The notes: generated by a model from the sequence alone, not told the origin. A stretch of DNA of 64,000 nucleotides from an uncultured Gemmatimonadales bacterium (GCA_963695555.1 CAVOGR010000007.1:448001-512000); one strand, 5' to 3'. Positions 39,688-50,778 are shown, numbered from the stretch's first letter. Translations and numbers: made by a program.

Positions 39688-41242
39688 CCATGTCGCCCTG
39701 GCGTTCCTGCCCTCTCTTCTCCTTGCTGGATCAAGTTTCGGGCATGATCGCGTCGGGGAGGAATCGCGCGCATTCGAGCTAATCCGCTCCCTCTTTAGCC
39801 GTGCTCCCTCCCCACTTGCGCACACGCATCGCGCCACCTTCGCTCCCGACCACACGACCCTCGTCCTCCACCTCGATAACAACAGCGAACTCCGGTTGAC
39901 CCTCGCCGACGGCCGGTTGTTCATCGATGACGACCCGGTCGGGGTGTACCTGCCTGGCGGGGGACTCGAGGCTGCCTGGCACGACCTCGTGGCGGAGGCG
40001 GCGCGACTCCCGACACCGGCAGTGGTCCATCTGCTTCAGACCTGGTCGCCGGACAGCATGCCCCAAGGCGAGGCGCGCACCGCGAAGTCAGTCCGTGAGG
40101 CGGCGGAGTCGGTCGATGCCCCGGTATTCACAATGTCGCGGCCACAATTGCTCGACCCGGCGGCACCGGGTGGATTCATCATTGACGTGGCTGACCTCAC
40201 CGATCCCGTCTCGCTCGAGCCTCTGCTGCGGCAGGCCGCTCGCCTAGCCTCCCCAGCGCTACGGGTCAGCGTGCCCGAGGGGACCGCCTACCTCGGAGAC
40301 TTCAGTATCGGTTCAGGGGAAATCGTGGAGGGTCATTTCCTAGTCCTCAAGGGTACCGCCGACATGTATGGGTCGCTTAGGGGAAATCTCGTGACCGTCG
40401 ACGGGGATGTCGTGATGCATCCGGGAGCAATCGTGACCGGCGACGTTCTTGCCTACAACGGGCAAGTCGTTGCGCTCGGCGGAGAGGTGACCGGGGAGAT
40501 CCGCACCCTGAGCCCACTCGGCAGTCCAGCCGCCGCCGTGGTACCCGACGCTCGGACGTTGTCGCCGCTCGTCCTGGCGCTTCGTAGGGCGGCAGGCCTT
40601 GCGGGGGTGTTCTTCACGCTCGGTGTTATTGGCTTCGGCATGGTCATCTTTGCACGGCACAATCTCGAGGTCGTGTCTGACACCGTCTCAAACTCGTTCG
40701 GCCGGTCTTTTCTCGTCGGCCTGATCGGCCAACTGCTCGTGCTACCCACGTTCGGGATGCTCGTCGTGGGGTTGATCCTCAGCGTGGTCGGTGTGCTGCT
40801 GTTGCCGTTCGCCGTGATCGTCTTCGGCTTGCTGGCCGTCCTCGCCGTCTTGGTCGGCTTCCTCGCGGTGGCTCATGCCATGGGCGAGACGTACACGCGG
40901 CGGCGCATGGCCCTCGGTGCCACGATCGGCTCGCCGAACAGCTATCGCTATCTCCTGATCGGGCTCGGGGCGGTATCGACCATCTGGTTGGCCTGGGTGG
41001 TGTTCGGGTGGGTTCCCGTTGCCGGCCAGGTGATCCAGGGAGCCGCCATCCTGATGACCTGGCTCTTGGGAACGGTCGGTTTCGGTGCGGCGTTGCTGAG
41101 CCGGGCGGGAGCCCGGGAGCAGTTCTCCGGCCGTCTCCTTCCTCCCGAAGCGATGACGGACGAGTATCTGTGGGCCACACCGCAATACGGCGTTTCCGCT
41201 ATCAAGCGACCGACGGCGAAGCCCCCGACGTCCGACTCGTGA
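39674..41242 (+). CDS. Membrane protein with bactofilin/polymer-forming-like beta-helix
   Basis: Repeats VEGHFLVLKG, GNLVTVDGDV, VTGDVLAYNG, VTGEI, then several TM segments. Confidence 0.7.
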   Translation: MRSHNHVALAFLPSLLLAGSSFGHDRVGEESRAFELIRSLFSRAPSPLAHTHRATFAPDHTTLVLHLDNNSELRLTLADGRLFIDDDPVGVYLPGGGLEAAWHDLVAEAARLPTPAVVHLLQTWSPDSMPQGEARTAKSVREAAESVDAPVFTMSRPQLLDPAAPGGFIIDVADLTDPVSLEPLLRQAARLASPALRVSVPEGTAYLGDFSIGSGEIVEGHFLVLKGTADMYGSLRGNLVTVDGDVVMHPGAIVTGDVLAYNGQVVALGGEVTGEIRTLSPLGSPAAAVVPDARTLSPLVLALRRAAGLAGVFFTLGVIGFGMVIFARHNLEVVSDTVSNSFGRSFLVGLIGQLLVLPTFGMLVVGLILSVVGVLLLPFAVIVFGLLAVLAVLVGFLAVAHAMGETYTRRRMALGATIGSPNSYRYLLIGLGAVSTIWLAWVVFGWVPVAGQVIQGAAILMTWLLGTVGFGAALLSRAGAREQFSGRLLPPEAMTDEYLWATPQYGVSAIKRPTAKPPTSDS

Positions 41243-42087
41243 CGCGGCCTGTCCTGCTGATCGGTATCGGATCGCTGCTCGTTGCCGGCACCGCAGCCGC
41301 TCAGTCCATGCATGCCTACTCTACCATGCGGCAGTGGCATGGTGAGACCCGCCTCACCACAACTATCGACTTTGCGGCCGGCACCATCCACCTGGCGCCT
41401 GCGGATGAATCGATTCTGTACGGACTCACACTGAAATACGACCAGGAGCGGTTTCACCCAGTGAGCCAATATGTGACAGATGGGCAGCGAGTAACGCTTG
41501 GGTTGAAGCCGGTGGGCGAGTGGTCCCTCCGCGTCCCCTCAAAGCAACAGCTGGGGCAGAGCGCATCGATCGCGCTGTCACCGGTGGTGGACTTGGGCCT
41601 GGACGCGACATTCGGCGCGGTCGATGCCGAACTCGAACTCGGCGGGCTGCAGCTTACCACGCTCGCGCTCAGGACCGGAGCCAGCCGGGTGATCGTACGA
41701 TTTTCCGAGCGGAACAAGACCCCGTGCCGGACGGCGTCCTTTGCCGCGGGCGCGGCCGAGCTCAAGGTGTACGGCCTCGGCAACAGCCGGTGCCGCGAGG
41801 TGCGCCTGGAAGGCGGGGTCGGGTCGGTGATGCTCGACTTCAGCGGTACCGGGACGACCGACTCACGGGTCCATCTCATGATGGCCGCCGGAGAGCTGAC
41901 GTTACGCCTGCCCCGAACGGTCGGCGTGCGCATGGCCATCGAGAAATCGCTGGTGCGATTCGAGCCGAAGGGCTTTACCCGCCGAGGAAACGAATATTTT
42001 TCGGCAAACTACGGCAGGACCGAGCGCAGCATCGAGGTCGAACTGACGACCTCCTTTGCCGGCCTCAAAGTGGAATGGGCCGACTAG
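41239..42087 (+). CDS. Exported LiaF/toast-rack-like beta protein
   Basis: Signal peptide; repeated GA/GG-x-hydrophobic strands (GAVDAELELG, GAAELKV, GVGSVMLDF, AAGELTLRLP). Confidence 0.6.
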   Translation: MTRPVLLIGIGSLLVAGTAAAQSMHAYSTMRQWHGETRLTTTIDFAAGTIHLAPADESILYGLTLKYDQERFHPVSQYVTDGQRVTLGLKPVGEWSLRVPSKQQLGQSASIALSPVVDLGLDATFGAVDAELELGGLQLTTLALRTGASRVIVRFSERNKTPCRTASFAAGAAELKVYGLGNSRCREVRLEGGVGSVMLDFSGTGTTDSRVHLMMAAGELTLRLPRTVGVRMAIEKSLVRFEPKGFTRRGNEYFSANYGRTERSIEVELTTSFAGLKVEWAD

Positions 42088-42088
42088 C

Positions 42089-42847
42089 TCACGCGAACAC
42101 GGCGCGGACCCGGCTTCCGACACCGGCATCGAACCGTCGCGCCGCCGATCCCTCCCGCACCGCAATCTCCACCGTGCCGCCCGACCCCACATAGACGACT
42201 GAGCCGCCCGGAGGCACGTCGCCAAATGTATTGCGCACCGGTCCAGCGGTCTGACCGCTGACTTCGATTCCGGTACACCCGGTGACGTCCGATCCGGTCA
42301 AGTTGGTCAGCAGGTTACCGAATCGATCGACGTACACCACGACGCCAGTAACTTTCAGCTCGTCGCGGCGGACCTCCGCTGTTAGGAATCGTATGAGCGA
42401 GCCCTCAAACGGCGGACCAAGCGTGGACAGCGCCTTCCCGCGGGCCAGGGCGGCGGCGGCAGGCGCGAAGACATCGCGACCGTGAAACGTCGGTGCCGCG
42501 CTCTCGAGGACCGGCAACTCGACGATGGTGGCGTCATCCAGCCCCGGCAACGCCGTGAAGACACCGTTGTCCGGCCCCACAAACAGATGGTTGGACACCT
42601 CGAACGCGATGGCGCGCCGGCGCGTGCCGACCCCCGGATCGACCACGACCAGGTGGATCGTGTCTTCGGGGAATTGGGTCCAGGCGCGGCCCAAGATGTA
42701 GGCCGCGGCGGGAATATTGCCCGGGCTCAGATCGTGGGTCAGGTCGACCAGCGTCACTCCTGGGGCACGACTCAACAGCACACCCCGAAGCTCACCGACA
42801 TACGGGTCGGTCGTCCCGAAATCGGTGAGCATGGTGATGATTGGCAT
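42089..42847 (-). CDS. SAM hydroxide adenosyltransferase (DUF62/fluorinase family)
   Basis: ITMLTDFG, VVDPGVG, PDNG, TFHGRDVFAP, DRFGN. Confidence 0.92.
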   Translation of the reverse strand: MPIITMLTDFGTTDPYVGELRGVLLSRAPGVTLVDLTHDLSPGNIPAAAYILGRAWTQFPEDTIHLVVVDPGVGTRRRAIAFEVSNHLFVGPDNGVFTALPGLDDATIVELPVLESAAPTFHGRDVFAPAAAALARGKALSTLGPPFEGSLIRFLTAEVRRDELKVTGVVVYVDRFGNLLTNLTGSDVTGCTGIEVSGQTAGPVRNTFGDVPPGGSVVYVGSGGTVEIAVREGSAARRFDAGVGSRVRAVFA

Positions 42848-42875
42848 GACAGATGGGCTCGGCAACGGGAAGTGA

Positions 42876-43982
42876 CTAGCCTTTGAGTATGGGAAGCTGG
42901 GTGGTGTGCTGCTGCGCGACATGGTGGACGGAGACGGCCAGCGCGCGGAGCGCCCGCGCGGCATGGCTGTCCGGGTTTCCGACGACCACCGGCGTTCCGG
43001 AATCTGCCTGTTCGGAGAGCCCCGCCTGAAGCGGAATCCGGCCAAGGAGCTGGATGCCTAATTCCCCTGCCAGGCGTTCACCGCCGCCGCTGACGAAGAT
43101 CTCGGTGACTTCTCCGCAGTGGGGGCATTCGAAGCCGCCCATGTTCTCGATGATCCCCAACACGGGCACATTCACGCGTTCGAACATCTTGGCCCCGCGC
43201 AGGGCATCGCCGACGGCCATTTCCTGCGGAGTTGTGACGATTAACGCGCCGCTCACATGGGTGGCCTGGACCAATGACAGTTGCGCGTCACCTGTGCCGG
43301 GGGGAAGATCGACGATGAAATAGTCGAGCTGTCCCCAGTCGACGTCGCGAAGAAACTGCTGGACGATCTTCATGATGATCGGTCCGCGCCAGATCGCCGG
43401 GGCATCCCGCTCGATCAGGAACCCGAGTGACATCAGCTTGACGCCGAACGCCTGGAGCGGCTGGATCTTCCCGGCGATGACCTGGGGCTTCTCGGAGATC
43501 CCGAACATCCGGGGAATGTTCGGCCCGTAGACATCGGCATCCATGAGCCCGACGCGTTTGCCGGACTCGGCCAGGGCTACCGCGAGATTCGCGGCCACGG
43601 TGGACTTCCCGACCCCTCCCTTTCCAGACGAGATGGCCACCACGGTCCCAAGCTCCGGAATGGGCGCCACCGGCTGGGGCGTGGCAGGGACCGCGCCCGG
43701 TGACGGGCCGGGAGGAGCATGCTGCGCCTGCGGCGGGCCGGCGGGATCCTGGACCTGGATCTTCACTTCGGACACCCCGGCGACACCGCGAACGGCGGCC
43801 CGGGCCTGCCGAACGAGGGTCGCCGGGTCCTCGCGGCTCAGCACGAACGAGAAGGAGACCGCGCCGTCGGCCGTCACGACCAGGTCACGGATCATACCGG
43901 CCGACAGGAGGTCGTTCTGGAGTCGGGGGTTCTGGATCTGGGACAGGGCAGCCGTGACCAGCCCTTCGAGTGCCTGGGTCAC
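42876..43982 (-). CDS. Mrp/ApbC iron-sulfur carrier ATPase
   Basis: SGKGGVGKST, WRGP, DLPPGTGD, ENM..FECPHC. Confidence 0.94.
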   Translation of the reverse strand: MTQALEGLVTAALSQIQNPRLQNDLLSAGMIRDLVVTADGAVSFSFVLSREDPATLVRQARAAVRGVAGVSEVKIQVQDPAGPPQAQHAPPGPSPGAVPATPQPVAPIPELGTVVAISSGKGGVGKSTVAANLAVALAESGKRVGLMDADVYGPNIPRMFGISEKPQVIAGKIQPLQAFGVKLMSLGFLIERDAPAIWRGPIIMKIVQQFLRDVDWGQLDYFIVDLPPGTGDAQLSLVQATHVSGALIVTTPQEMAVGDALRGAKMFERVNVPVLGIIENMGGFECPHCGEVTEIFVSGGGERLAGELGIQLLGRIPLQAGLSEQADSGTPVVVGNPDSHAARALRALAVSVHHVAQQHTTQLPILKG

Positions 43983-44009
43983 TAGGCCGTCCTCACGATC
44001 GCCGCCGTC

Positions 44010-44249
44010 TCAGAGGGCATCAACACGCCTGACCTCGGGCACGGCCTGACGCAGGCGCTGTTCGATGCCTTGCTTCAGGGTGATGGTCGACGCCGCGCAC
44101 CCGTGGCACATCCCGCCCATCCTGAGCAACAGGACGCCGTCCTGATCGTCAAAATCCACCACCTCGACGCTGCCATTGTGTGAGGCGATGTATGGACGAA
44201 GCGTATTGAGCGCGGCTTCAATGCGGGTTATGATGTCCGTCTGCTGCAC
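44010..44249 (-). CDS. NifU/NfuA C-terminal domain protein
   Basis: LRPYIASHNGSVE, GMCHGC, TLKQGIE. Confidence 0.9.
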   Translation of the reverse strand: MQQTDIITRIEAALNTLRPYIASHNGSVEVVDFDDQDGVLLLRMGGMCHGCAASTITLKQGIEQRLRQAVPEVRRVDAL

Positions 44250-44312
44250 GCTGCTTCCTCTTCTCGGCATGTCCTCCCCACGGCGAGGGCTCGATCCCTC
44301 ACTGGGGGCTGG

Positions 44313-44342
44313 AATCTATCCCTTCATGATAACCCCGGGCAA
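44313..44342 (-). promoter_or_regulatory. Putative sigma70 promoter TTGCCC-N18-TAGATT for nifU-mrp
   Basis: Same -10 hexamer and spacer as the tig and glmM candidates. Confidence 0.5.
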
Positions 44343-44344
44343 AA

Positions 44345-45373
44345 TCACTCAGTCCCATGGGTCTTCCCATCCAGGAACTCCCGGGCGGCCCGCAAAACCG
44401 TGGCCTGGACCTCGGCCAATGGCCCGGCGAGCGACAGTCCTGCCGCCTTGGTATGACCGCCCCCTCCAAACGGCTTGGCAAACGCCGCAACGTTCACATC
44501 CCCGACGGACCTCAGTGACACCTTGATCCGTCCCTGGGAGATTTCGCGGAAGAGCAGAGCCATCCGCACCCCCGCGATCGAGCGCGGATATTCCACCACA
44601 CCGTCCAAATCGTCCGCCGTGAGGCCGAGCCGCTCCAGCGCACCGGGCGGCACGGTGACCCACGCCAGGCCGTGTTCCGGCTCGACCACGAGGGTCTGGA
44701 GCGCTTCGGCAAGAAGGCGTGGCCGCCCCGGGGGAGCGTTGGCGTAGACCTGGGCGTAGATCTGCTCCGGATCGAGGCCGGCTTCCAAGAGCTCGGCGGC
44801 GATTCGAAGGGTGCGCGGCTGGGTGTTGCTGAACCTGAACCCGCCGGTGTCGGTCATGATCGCGACATAGAGCGACCGGGCGATGGCCTGATCGACGGTC
44901 CAATGATTGGCCGCCGCGATTTCGAACACGAGTTCCCCCGTCGCCGAGGCGGTTGGATCCACGTACCGGGGCCCCTCCGGCAGCGTGCCCGGGCTGAAGT
45001 GGTGGTCGATGCAGCCGACGGGAACGCCGACCTCGGCCACCGGCCGGGCGAGCGAACCGAGACGTTCGAGGTCGGCGATATCGAGCACGATGACGGCCTC
45101 GGCCCGCCGAAGCTCGCGCACCGCCGACCGGCTTTGGTCACCGTCCGGCAAATCGTCGAACAAGAACTTGAAACGCTCGGGAGTCGGCGACGGATTGGTA
45201 ACGATGGCGTGGAGCCCTCTCGCGCGGAGCAGGTGAACCAGGCCGACTTCACTCCCGAGGCCGTCGCCATCGGGGTTCACATGCGTCGTGACGCACACGC
45301 GCATTCCCGGAGCCAGCCACTCGTCGAATGCGCGGGCGGCGGCAACCTTTTCGGGACTGAGCCGGACGGTCAT
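44345..45373 (-). CDS. nrnA: DHH-family nanoRNase/pAp phosphatase
   Basis: HVNPDGDGLGS, IDHH, TDTGGF, GGGHTKAAG. Confidence 0.9.
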   Translation of the reverse strand: MTVRLSPEKVAAARAFDEWLAPGMRVCVTTHVNPDGDGLGSEVGLVHLLRARGLHAIVTNPSPTPERFKFLFDDLPDGDQSRSAVRELRRAEAVIVLDIADLERLGSLARPVAEVGVPVGCIDHHFSPGTLPEGPRYVDPTASATGELVFEIAAANHWTVDQAIARSLYVAIMTDTGGFRFSNTQPRTLRIAAELLEAGLDPEQIYAQVYANAPPGRPRLLAEALQTLVVEPEHGLAWVTVPPGALERLGLTADDLDGVVEYPRSIAGVRMALLFREISQGRIKVSLRSVGDVNVAAFAKPFGGGGHTKAAGLSLAGPLAEVQATVLRAAREFLDGKTHGTE

Positions 45374-45407
45374 GGAGACCGCTCGGCGGCCAGGGTTCCC
45401 TGTCGGC

Positions 45408-46877
45408 TCACCGGAACATCTCCGCGCTGTAATTCGGTGCTTCACGCGTGATCGTCACGTCATGCGGATGCGACTCGCGCAAGCCGGCCGAGCTGATGCG
45501 CAGCAACTCCACGTTCGACTGCAATTCGGCGAGGCTGGCCACTCCGCAATATCCCATGCCGCTCCGGAGCCCTCCGACCATTTGGTAGAGCACATCCACC
45601 ACGGGGCCCTTGTACGGCACCCGTCCTTCGATCCCTTCGGGAACCATTTTGCTGGGAGAGAGTTCGCCCTCCTGGAAATAGCGGTCGGCTGATCCGTCGC
45701 GCATGGCGGAGATGCTGCCCATGCCGCGGACCATCTTGAAACGGCGCCCCTCGGCCAGAATCGACTCGCCGGGGCTTTCTTCGGTGCCGGCGAGGAGACC
45801 GCCCATCATGACCGATGAGGCCCCGCACGCGATGGCCTTGACGACGTCGCCGGAGTACTTGACGCCCCCGTCGGCGATCACGGGAATATCACGGGCGCCG
45901 CGCGTCGCATCGCGAATGGCCGTGATCTGAGGCACCCCCACACCGGTCACGACGCGCGTGGTGCAGATACTCCCCGGCCCCACGCCGACCTTCACCGCAT
46001 CCACGCCCCGGCGCACCAGCTCTTGGGCGCCCGCCTCGGTGGCGATATTGCCCGCGACGAGCTGCACCGCGGGATGGGCATCGCGCAGCATGTCGACCGT
46101 GCGAAGGACGCCTTCGCTGTGCCCGTGCGCCGAGTCTACCACGATCACATCGACATTGGCGTCGACCAAGGCCTTGGCCCGGTCGCGCACATCCGGCCCG
46201 GCACCAACGGCGGCCGCCACCCGCAACCGGCCGTGCTCGTCCTTGTTTGCGTTGGGGTATTGCTTGCGCTTGAAGATGTCTTTGACGGTGATGAGGCCGC
46301 GCAGCACGCCATCACGATCAACGACCGGAAGCTTCTCGATACGGTGTTTGGCGAGAATTCGCTCTGCGTCATCCAAGTCCGTGCCAACCGGAGCGGTGAC
46401 GAGGTTCTCGTGGGTCATCGCTTGAGACACCGGCTGGTCGAGGTTCTGTTCGAATTGGAGATCGCGGTTGGTGATGATCCCGATCAGTCGTCCCTGGCCG
46501 TCGACGATCGGGACGCCCGAGATCTTAAATCGCGCCATCAGCCCCGCTGCCTCTCGAACGGGCCGGTCCGGGCCGAGCGTAATGGGGTTCAAGATCATTC
46601 CGCTCTCACTGCGTTTGACTCGATCGACCTCGGAGGCCTGGCGTTCGATGGACATGTTCTTATGCAGGACCCCGATGCCGCCGGCCCGTGCCATCGCGAT
46701 GGCCATCTCCGATTCGGTCACGGTATCCATGGCGGCGGAGATAAACGGAATCTGCAGGGAGATGCCCCGGGTGAACCGGGTGGCCGTCGAGACATCGCGT
46801 GGATGGACCGTGGAATGTTGGGGGACCAGCAAAACGTCATCGAATGTGAGGCCGTGCTCAGGCCGAATGATGCTCAT
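45408..46877 (-). CDS. guaB: IMP dehydrogenase
   Basis: [11 protein letters not shown] pair, [23 protein letters not shown]. Confidence 0.98.
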   Translation of the reverse strand: MSIIRPEHGLTFDDVLLVPQHSTVHPRDVSTATRFTRGISLQIPFISAAMDTVTESEMAIAMARAGGIGVLHKNMSIERQASEVDRVKRSESGMILNPITLGPDRPVREAAGLMARFKISGVPIVDGQGRLIGIITNRDLQFEQNLDQPVSQAMTHENLVTAPVGTDLDDAERILAKHRIEKLPVVDRDGVLRGLITVKDIFKRKQYPNANKDEHGRLRVAAAVGAGPDVRDRAKALVDANVDVIVVDSAHGHSEGVLRTVDMLRDAHPAVQLVAGNIATEAGAQELVRRGVDAVKVGVGPGSICTTRVVTGVGVPQITAIRDATRGARDIPVIADGGVKYSGDVVKAIACGASSVMMGGLLAGTEESPGESILAEGRRFKMVRGMGSISAMRDGSADRYFQEGELSPSKMVPEGIEGRVPYKGPVVDVLYQMVGGLRSGMGYCGVASLAELQSNVELLRISSAGLRESHPHDVTITREAPNYSAEMFR

Positions 46878-47010
46878 AACCCTCCCTACCCCGGATGCAA
46901 AACGGCCCACCGGGCATGCTCCGAAGCAGGCGGTGGGCCATCGACATAACGTGTTCCATCATGAAGAATAGAGGGTCGCCCGACGCGTGGCAAGCGACTG
47001 TGTTGTGCGC

Positions 47011-47379
47011 TTAGCGCTCCGCTCGATCCTCCTTCGGCTCGGAGGCCTCGGACTCCGCCGGCTTCGGAGTGAGCGGCTGGCCGGATGCGGCTTTCACCGC
47101 CTCGTCGACCACAGCCTCACCGGCAGCGACCAGCCCGCGGGCCACCTTCGCCGCGCTGTCCATCAGCCCCATCGTGCCGGAAATGGCCTGTATCGGGATT
47201 TTACCCGCGCGCATGGTATCCTCGACCGTTTCCGTGATCTTGGCGAAGATGCCACCGGACGCGGATCGTTCGGCGTACTTGCTCTCGAGAAATTCGATAT
47301 AGTCCAGCACCTGGTAGCCTTTGTCGTCCGGCAACGACTCGAGCTTCCGGGCAATACGCTGGCGTAACAGATCGTTCAT
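47011..47379 (-). CDS. Hypothetical protein (DUF2281-like N-terminus)
   Basis: LESLPDDKGYQVLDYIEFLESK; GGAGG upstream. Confidence 0.65.
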   Translation of the reverse strand: MNDLLRQRIARKLESLPDDKGYQVLDYIEFLESKYAERSASGGIFAKITETVEDTMRAGKIPIQAISGTMGLMDSAAKVARGLVAAGEAVVDEAVKAASGQPLTPKPAESEASEPKEDRAER

Positions 47380-47454
47380 AGTGCCTCCATCCCGCCCCTC
47401 GGACGGCCGTGGACTCCCGGAATAGTACGGCCTCCGACCGGCTCCGGCCAAGCC

Positions 47455-48477
47455 CTACGACGGCACCTCGACGACGCTGTCCAGCTCCAAGACGGGGTTG
47501 GGCAGGTAGGTGGTCTTGGCGGCGCGGAGGCGGCCTCGGATGCGGAATTCCTGCAAGGGCTGCGCCGTTCGGAACTGCGGCAGCTGCTCCGAGGTCACGA
47601 GGACGTACACGAACCCGGGCTCCGGCAGTGGGCCGCGAGTGAGGAGATAGGTGCGGCCGAGCGGAATCTCGGGACGGAGCTCATCGGCCTCCTGGATCGC
47701 GATGAATTGCACGCGCCATTCCAGGAGGGCACCCAGGTAGCGGGCCGGGTCGGCTCGGACTTCGGCCGCGGTGACCCCGGTGATGATCCCGTCGGTCACG
47801 GGAGCAACATCCTCGCCCCGCACCCAGCTCTCGACCTGGAGGCGCACCCAACCCCCCGTCCGGCGGAGGACCCGCCCGCGCGCACCCTGGTGCAGGATCC
47901 CGACCGAATCACCATCGGGGTTCTCCTGCATCGGGGAATCGCGCACGATCTCGACGAGGTTCGGGGCCGGCGCTTCAGCGCCACCCGTCGGAGCCGGCGT
48001 CGTGGGAGCGACCCGTGCGGCGGGGGCGGGCGTAGGCTCATCGAGGGCACTACGGGCAACCCAGCCGACCCGGCGCACTCTGGTCCAGGCTCCACGGGTT
48101 TCCAGCCGGGTCAGCAGCACCCCGGTGGACAGCTGGGCCAGCACCTGTTGATTCGGAGCGCGCCGCAGATTCTCTTGGGGGGTTGCCGAGACGGAGAGGT
48201 CGAACCCCTCCCGGGTATCCGGGGTGAGCGAGGCGGTGAAGATCCAGCCTTCGAGCGTTACCTCCCGCCAATCGCCCTGGGTCTGTCCAGGGACGACGGT
48301 GCTCCCGCGCAGGATGGTCCCCAGCTGTATGCCCTGGGGTGCCTTGCGAAACGCCGTGTTCTGGCGGATGGCTTGGGCGGTCTGCCCCTGGAGGAGCGCC
48401 GGACCCAGGAGCGAGGCTACCACAATGAAGGCTGGTAGCGTGAGGAGCCGGAAACTAGATTGCGGCGCGTTGGTCAC
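47455..48477 (-). CDS. Exported protein with tandem SH3b-like domains
   Basis: Signal peptide; repeats of W..V...GW. Confidence 0.65.
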   Translation of the reverse strand: MTNAPQSSFRLLTLPAFIVVASLLGPALLQGQTAQAIRQNTAFRKAPQGIQLGTILRGSTVVPGQTQGDWREVTLEGWIFTASLTPDTREGFDLSVSATPQENLRRAPNQQVLAQLSTGVLLTRLETRGAWTRVRRVGWVARSALDEPTPAPAARVAPTTPAPTGGAEAPAPNLVEIVRDSPMQENPDGDSVGILHQGARGRVLRRTGGWVRLQVESWVRGEDVAPVTDGIITGVTAAEVRADPARYLGALLEWRVQFIAIQEADELRPEIPLGRTYLLTRGPLPEPGFVYVLVTSEQLPQFRTAQPLQEFRIRGRLRAAKTTYLPNPVLELDSVVEVPS

Positions 48478-48507
48478 ACCCGAAGATAGTAGAAACCACG
48501 GAGATTC

Positions 48508-50058
48508 ATGTCAAACCAACAGCCGCGCGGCCCGGTCGTGCTCATCGTATTGGACGGCTGGGGCTATCGCGCGGAGCGGGAGTACAACGCGATCGAGCTG
48601 GGCAAGACGCCGGTATGGCATGGCCTGTGGTCGTCCTACCCCCATGCCCTGCTCGAGGCCAGCGGGCTGGCCGTGGGGCTGCCGGCCGGCCAGATGGGCA
48701 ACAGCGAAGTGGGCCACCTGAACCTGGGCGCCGGCCGCGTGGTGCCCCAGGACCTCGTCCGGATCTCCCAGAGCATCGAGTCTGGTGAGTTCTTCCAGCT
48801 GGAACCGCTGGCAGCACTCTGCACCGCCCTGGAAAAGTCCGGCGGGACGCTCCACCTGATCGGGCTGCTGGGCCCCGGCGGGGTTCACGCCATCGACCAT
48901 CATCTCCTTGCCTGTATCGAACTCGGCGTGCGGCTAGGCGTGCGGAACATCGCCATTCATGGCTTTCTGGACGGACGAGACACGCCACCGAAGTCTGCCG
49001 CCGACGTCGTGGCCACGCTGGACTCGGACGTGCGACGCATTGCCGGAGCGCGGGCCGCCATCGCAAGCCTGACCGGACGGTACTACGCGATGGATCGCGA
49101 CCGGCGGTGGGAGCGGACCGAGCGGGCCTACGCCGCCCTGGTCCGCGGAATCGGCACGCGGGCGACGGATCCAACGCAGGCGGTTCGGGATGCGTACGCC
49201 CGAGGGGAAACCGACGAGTTCATCAAGCCGATCGTGCTGATGCGAAACGACCGCCCCGTTTCCACGATGTCCGACGGCGATGGGGTCCTGTGCTTCAATT
49301 ATCGCAGCGACCGGATGCGACAGATTCTGCGCGCGCTCGCCATCCCGGGCTTTGACGGGTTCGACGTGCTGGACCGGCCGCGTCTCGACATCGTCACCAT
49401 GACGCAGTATGACCAGACATTTCCCTTCCCCCAGGCATTTCCGCCCACTACGCTGGCGCGCATCGTGGGAGAGGTGCTGGCGGACCACGGTCGGTGTCAG
49501 TTTCGCACGGCGGAGACCGAGAAGTACCCGCACGTGACCTATTTCTTCAATGGCGGCCACGAGCCGCCCATGCGCGGCGAAGAACGATGTCTGGTGCCGT
49601 CGCCCAAAGTGGCGACCTACGACCTGGCCCCGGAGATGAGCGCGGTAGGGATAACCGATCAGCTCTGCCGGGGCATCGAAGCCCGTGAGCATGATTTCGT
49701 GCTGTGTAACTACGCGAACCCGGACATGGTGGGTCACACCGGCGTCCCGTCGGCGATTCTCACGGCGGTTGAAACGGTTGACCAGTGCTTGGGGCGCGCC
49801 CTCGCGAGCGCCGAACGGGCGAACGCAAGCGTGATCATTACCGCGGATCATGGCAATTGTGAGCTGATGGTCGATCCGGATACCGGGGGACCGCACACGG
49901 CACACACCACCAACCCCGTGCCGATCGTCGCCGTCCGTGCCAACACCTCCACCCTCAGAGCCGGAGGCTCGCTCCGGGATGTCGGGCCCACCGTTCTCCG
50001 GATGTTGGGCATCGACCCGCCGCCGGACATGACCGGCCGCGATCTTCGGGAGCCCTAA
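48508..50058 (+). CDS. gpmI: 2,3-bisphosphoglycerate-independent phosphoglycerate mutase
   Basis: LDGWG, MGNSEVGH, GRYYAMDRD, AETEKYPHVT, TADHGN. Confidence 0.97.
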   Translation: MSNQQPRGPVVLIVLDGWGYRAEREYNAIELGKTPVWHGLWSSYPHALLEASGLAVGLPAGQMGNSEVGHLNLGAGRVVPQDLVRISQSIESGEFFQLEPLAALCTALEKSGGTLHLIGLLGPGGVHAIDHHLLACIELGVRLGVRNIAIHGFLDGRDTPPKSAADVVATLDSDVRRIAGARAAIASLTGRYYAMDRDRRWERTERAYAALVRGIGTRATDPTQAVRDAYARGETDEFIKPIVLMRNDRPVSTMSDGDGVLCFNYRSDRMRQILRALAIPGFDGFDVLDRPRLDIVTMTQYDQTFPFPQAFPPTTLARIVGEVLADHGRCQFRTAETEKYPHVTYFFNGGHEPPMRGEERCLVPSPKVATYDLAPEMSAVGITDQLCRGIEAREHDFVLCNYANPDMVGHTGVPSAILTAVETVDQCLGRALASAERANASVIITADHGNCELMVDPDTGGPHTAHTTNPVPIVAVRANTSTLRAGGSLRDVGPTVLRMLGIDPPPDMTGRDLREP

Positions 50059-50062
50059 CTTC

Positions 50063-50776
50063 ATGCGCTACTTCGCTGCTGGTCTCGTTCTGCTCGCACT
50101 CAACGTTCCAGGCCTGGCCAACGCCCAGACAGGGCACGACCCGAGGCACTCGCCGTACCGCGACATCCGTCACGGCCATTCCCTGGTGGCCACCATCGGA
50201 CGCATTGGCGGAGACGGCGGGTCGCTCGGGCTGGGACCAAACAGCGGCACGGTCTACGGCCTGCGATATGACATCCGCCTGAGCGGCCCAATCCAATTCG
50301 GCTTCTCGGTGGGCAATGGCGACTTGGAGCGCCTGATCCAGGATCCGGATGACAGCGTCGCGACGCGGACCACGGGCCCAGTCTCGCAATCGGTCACGTT
50401 CGCTGAAGTAGCGCTGCAGTTCAACCTGACCGGTGCCAAGACCTGGCACGGGTTGGCGCCGTACTTCGGCGGGTCCGCCGGCTTTGCGCTCGGGAGTTCC
50501 GTGCCGGCCGATACCACGGGCTACGACTTCGGCAACAAGATCTACCTGGCGCCCACGGTGGGGCTGCGCTACTTCATCACCGGGGGCTTACACATCCGAG
50601 CGGAAGCCCGCGCGCTCTTCTGGAAACTGAGCTATCCCCAGTCCTTTGCGGAGGAGCCGGATTTGGAGCCAGGCACCGCGTCCGACCCCAACGCCCTGAG
50701 ACCCGCCGGGAAGCTCGACGAGTGGACCAACAGCTCCTGGCTCCTGGTCGGGCTGGGATTCACCTTTTCACTCTGA
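50063..50776 (+). CDS. Outer-membrane beta-barrel protein
   Basis: Signal peptide, alternating strands, ends VGLGFTFSL. Confidence 0.7.
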   Translation: MRYFAAGLVLLALNVPGLANAQTGHDPRHSPYRDIRHGHSLVATIGRIGGDGGSLGLGPNSGTVYGLRYDIRLSGPIQFGFSVGNGDLERLIQDPDDSVATRTTGPVSQSVTFAEVALQFNLTGAKTWHGLAPYFGGSAGFALGSSVPADTTGYDFGNKIYLAPTVGLRYFITGGLHIRAEARALFWKLSYPQSFAEEPDLEPGTASDPNALRPAGKLDEWTNSSWLLVGLGFTFSL

Positions 50777-50778
50777 CG

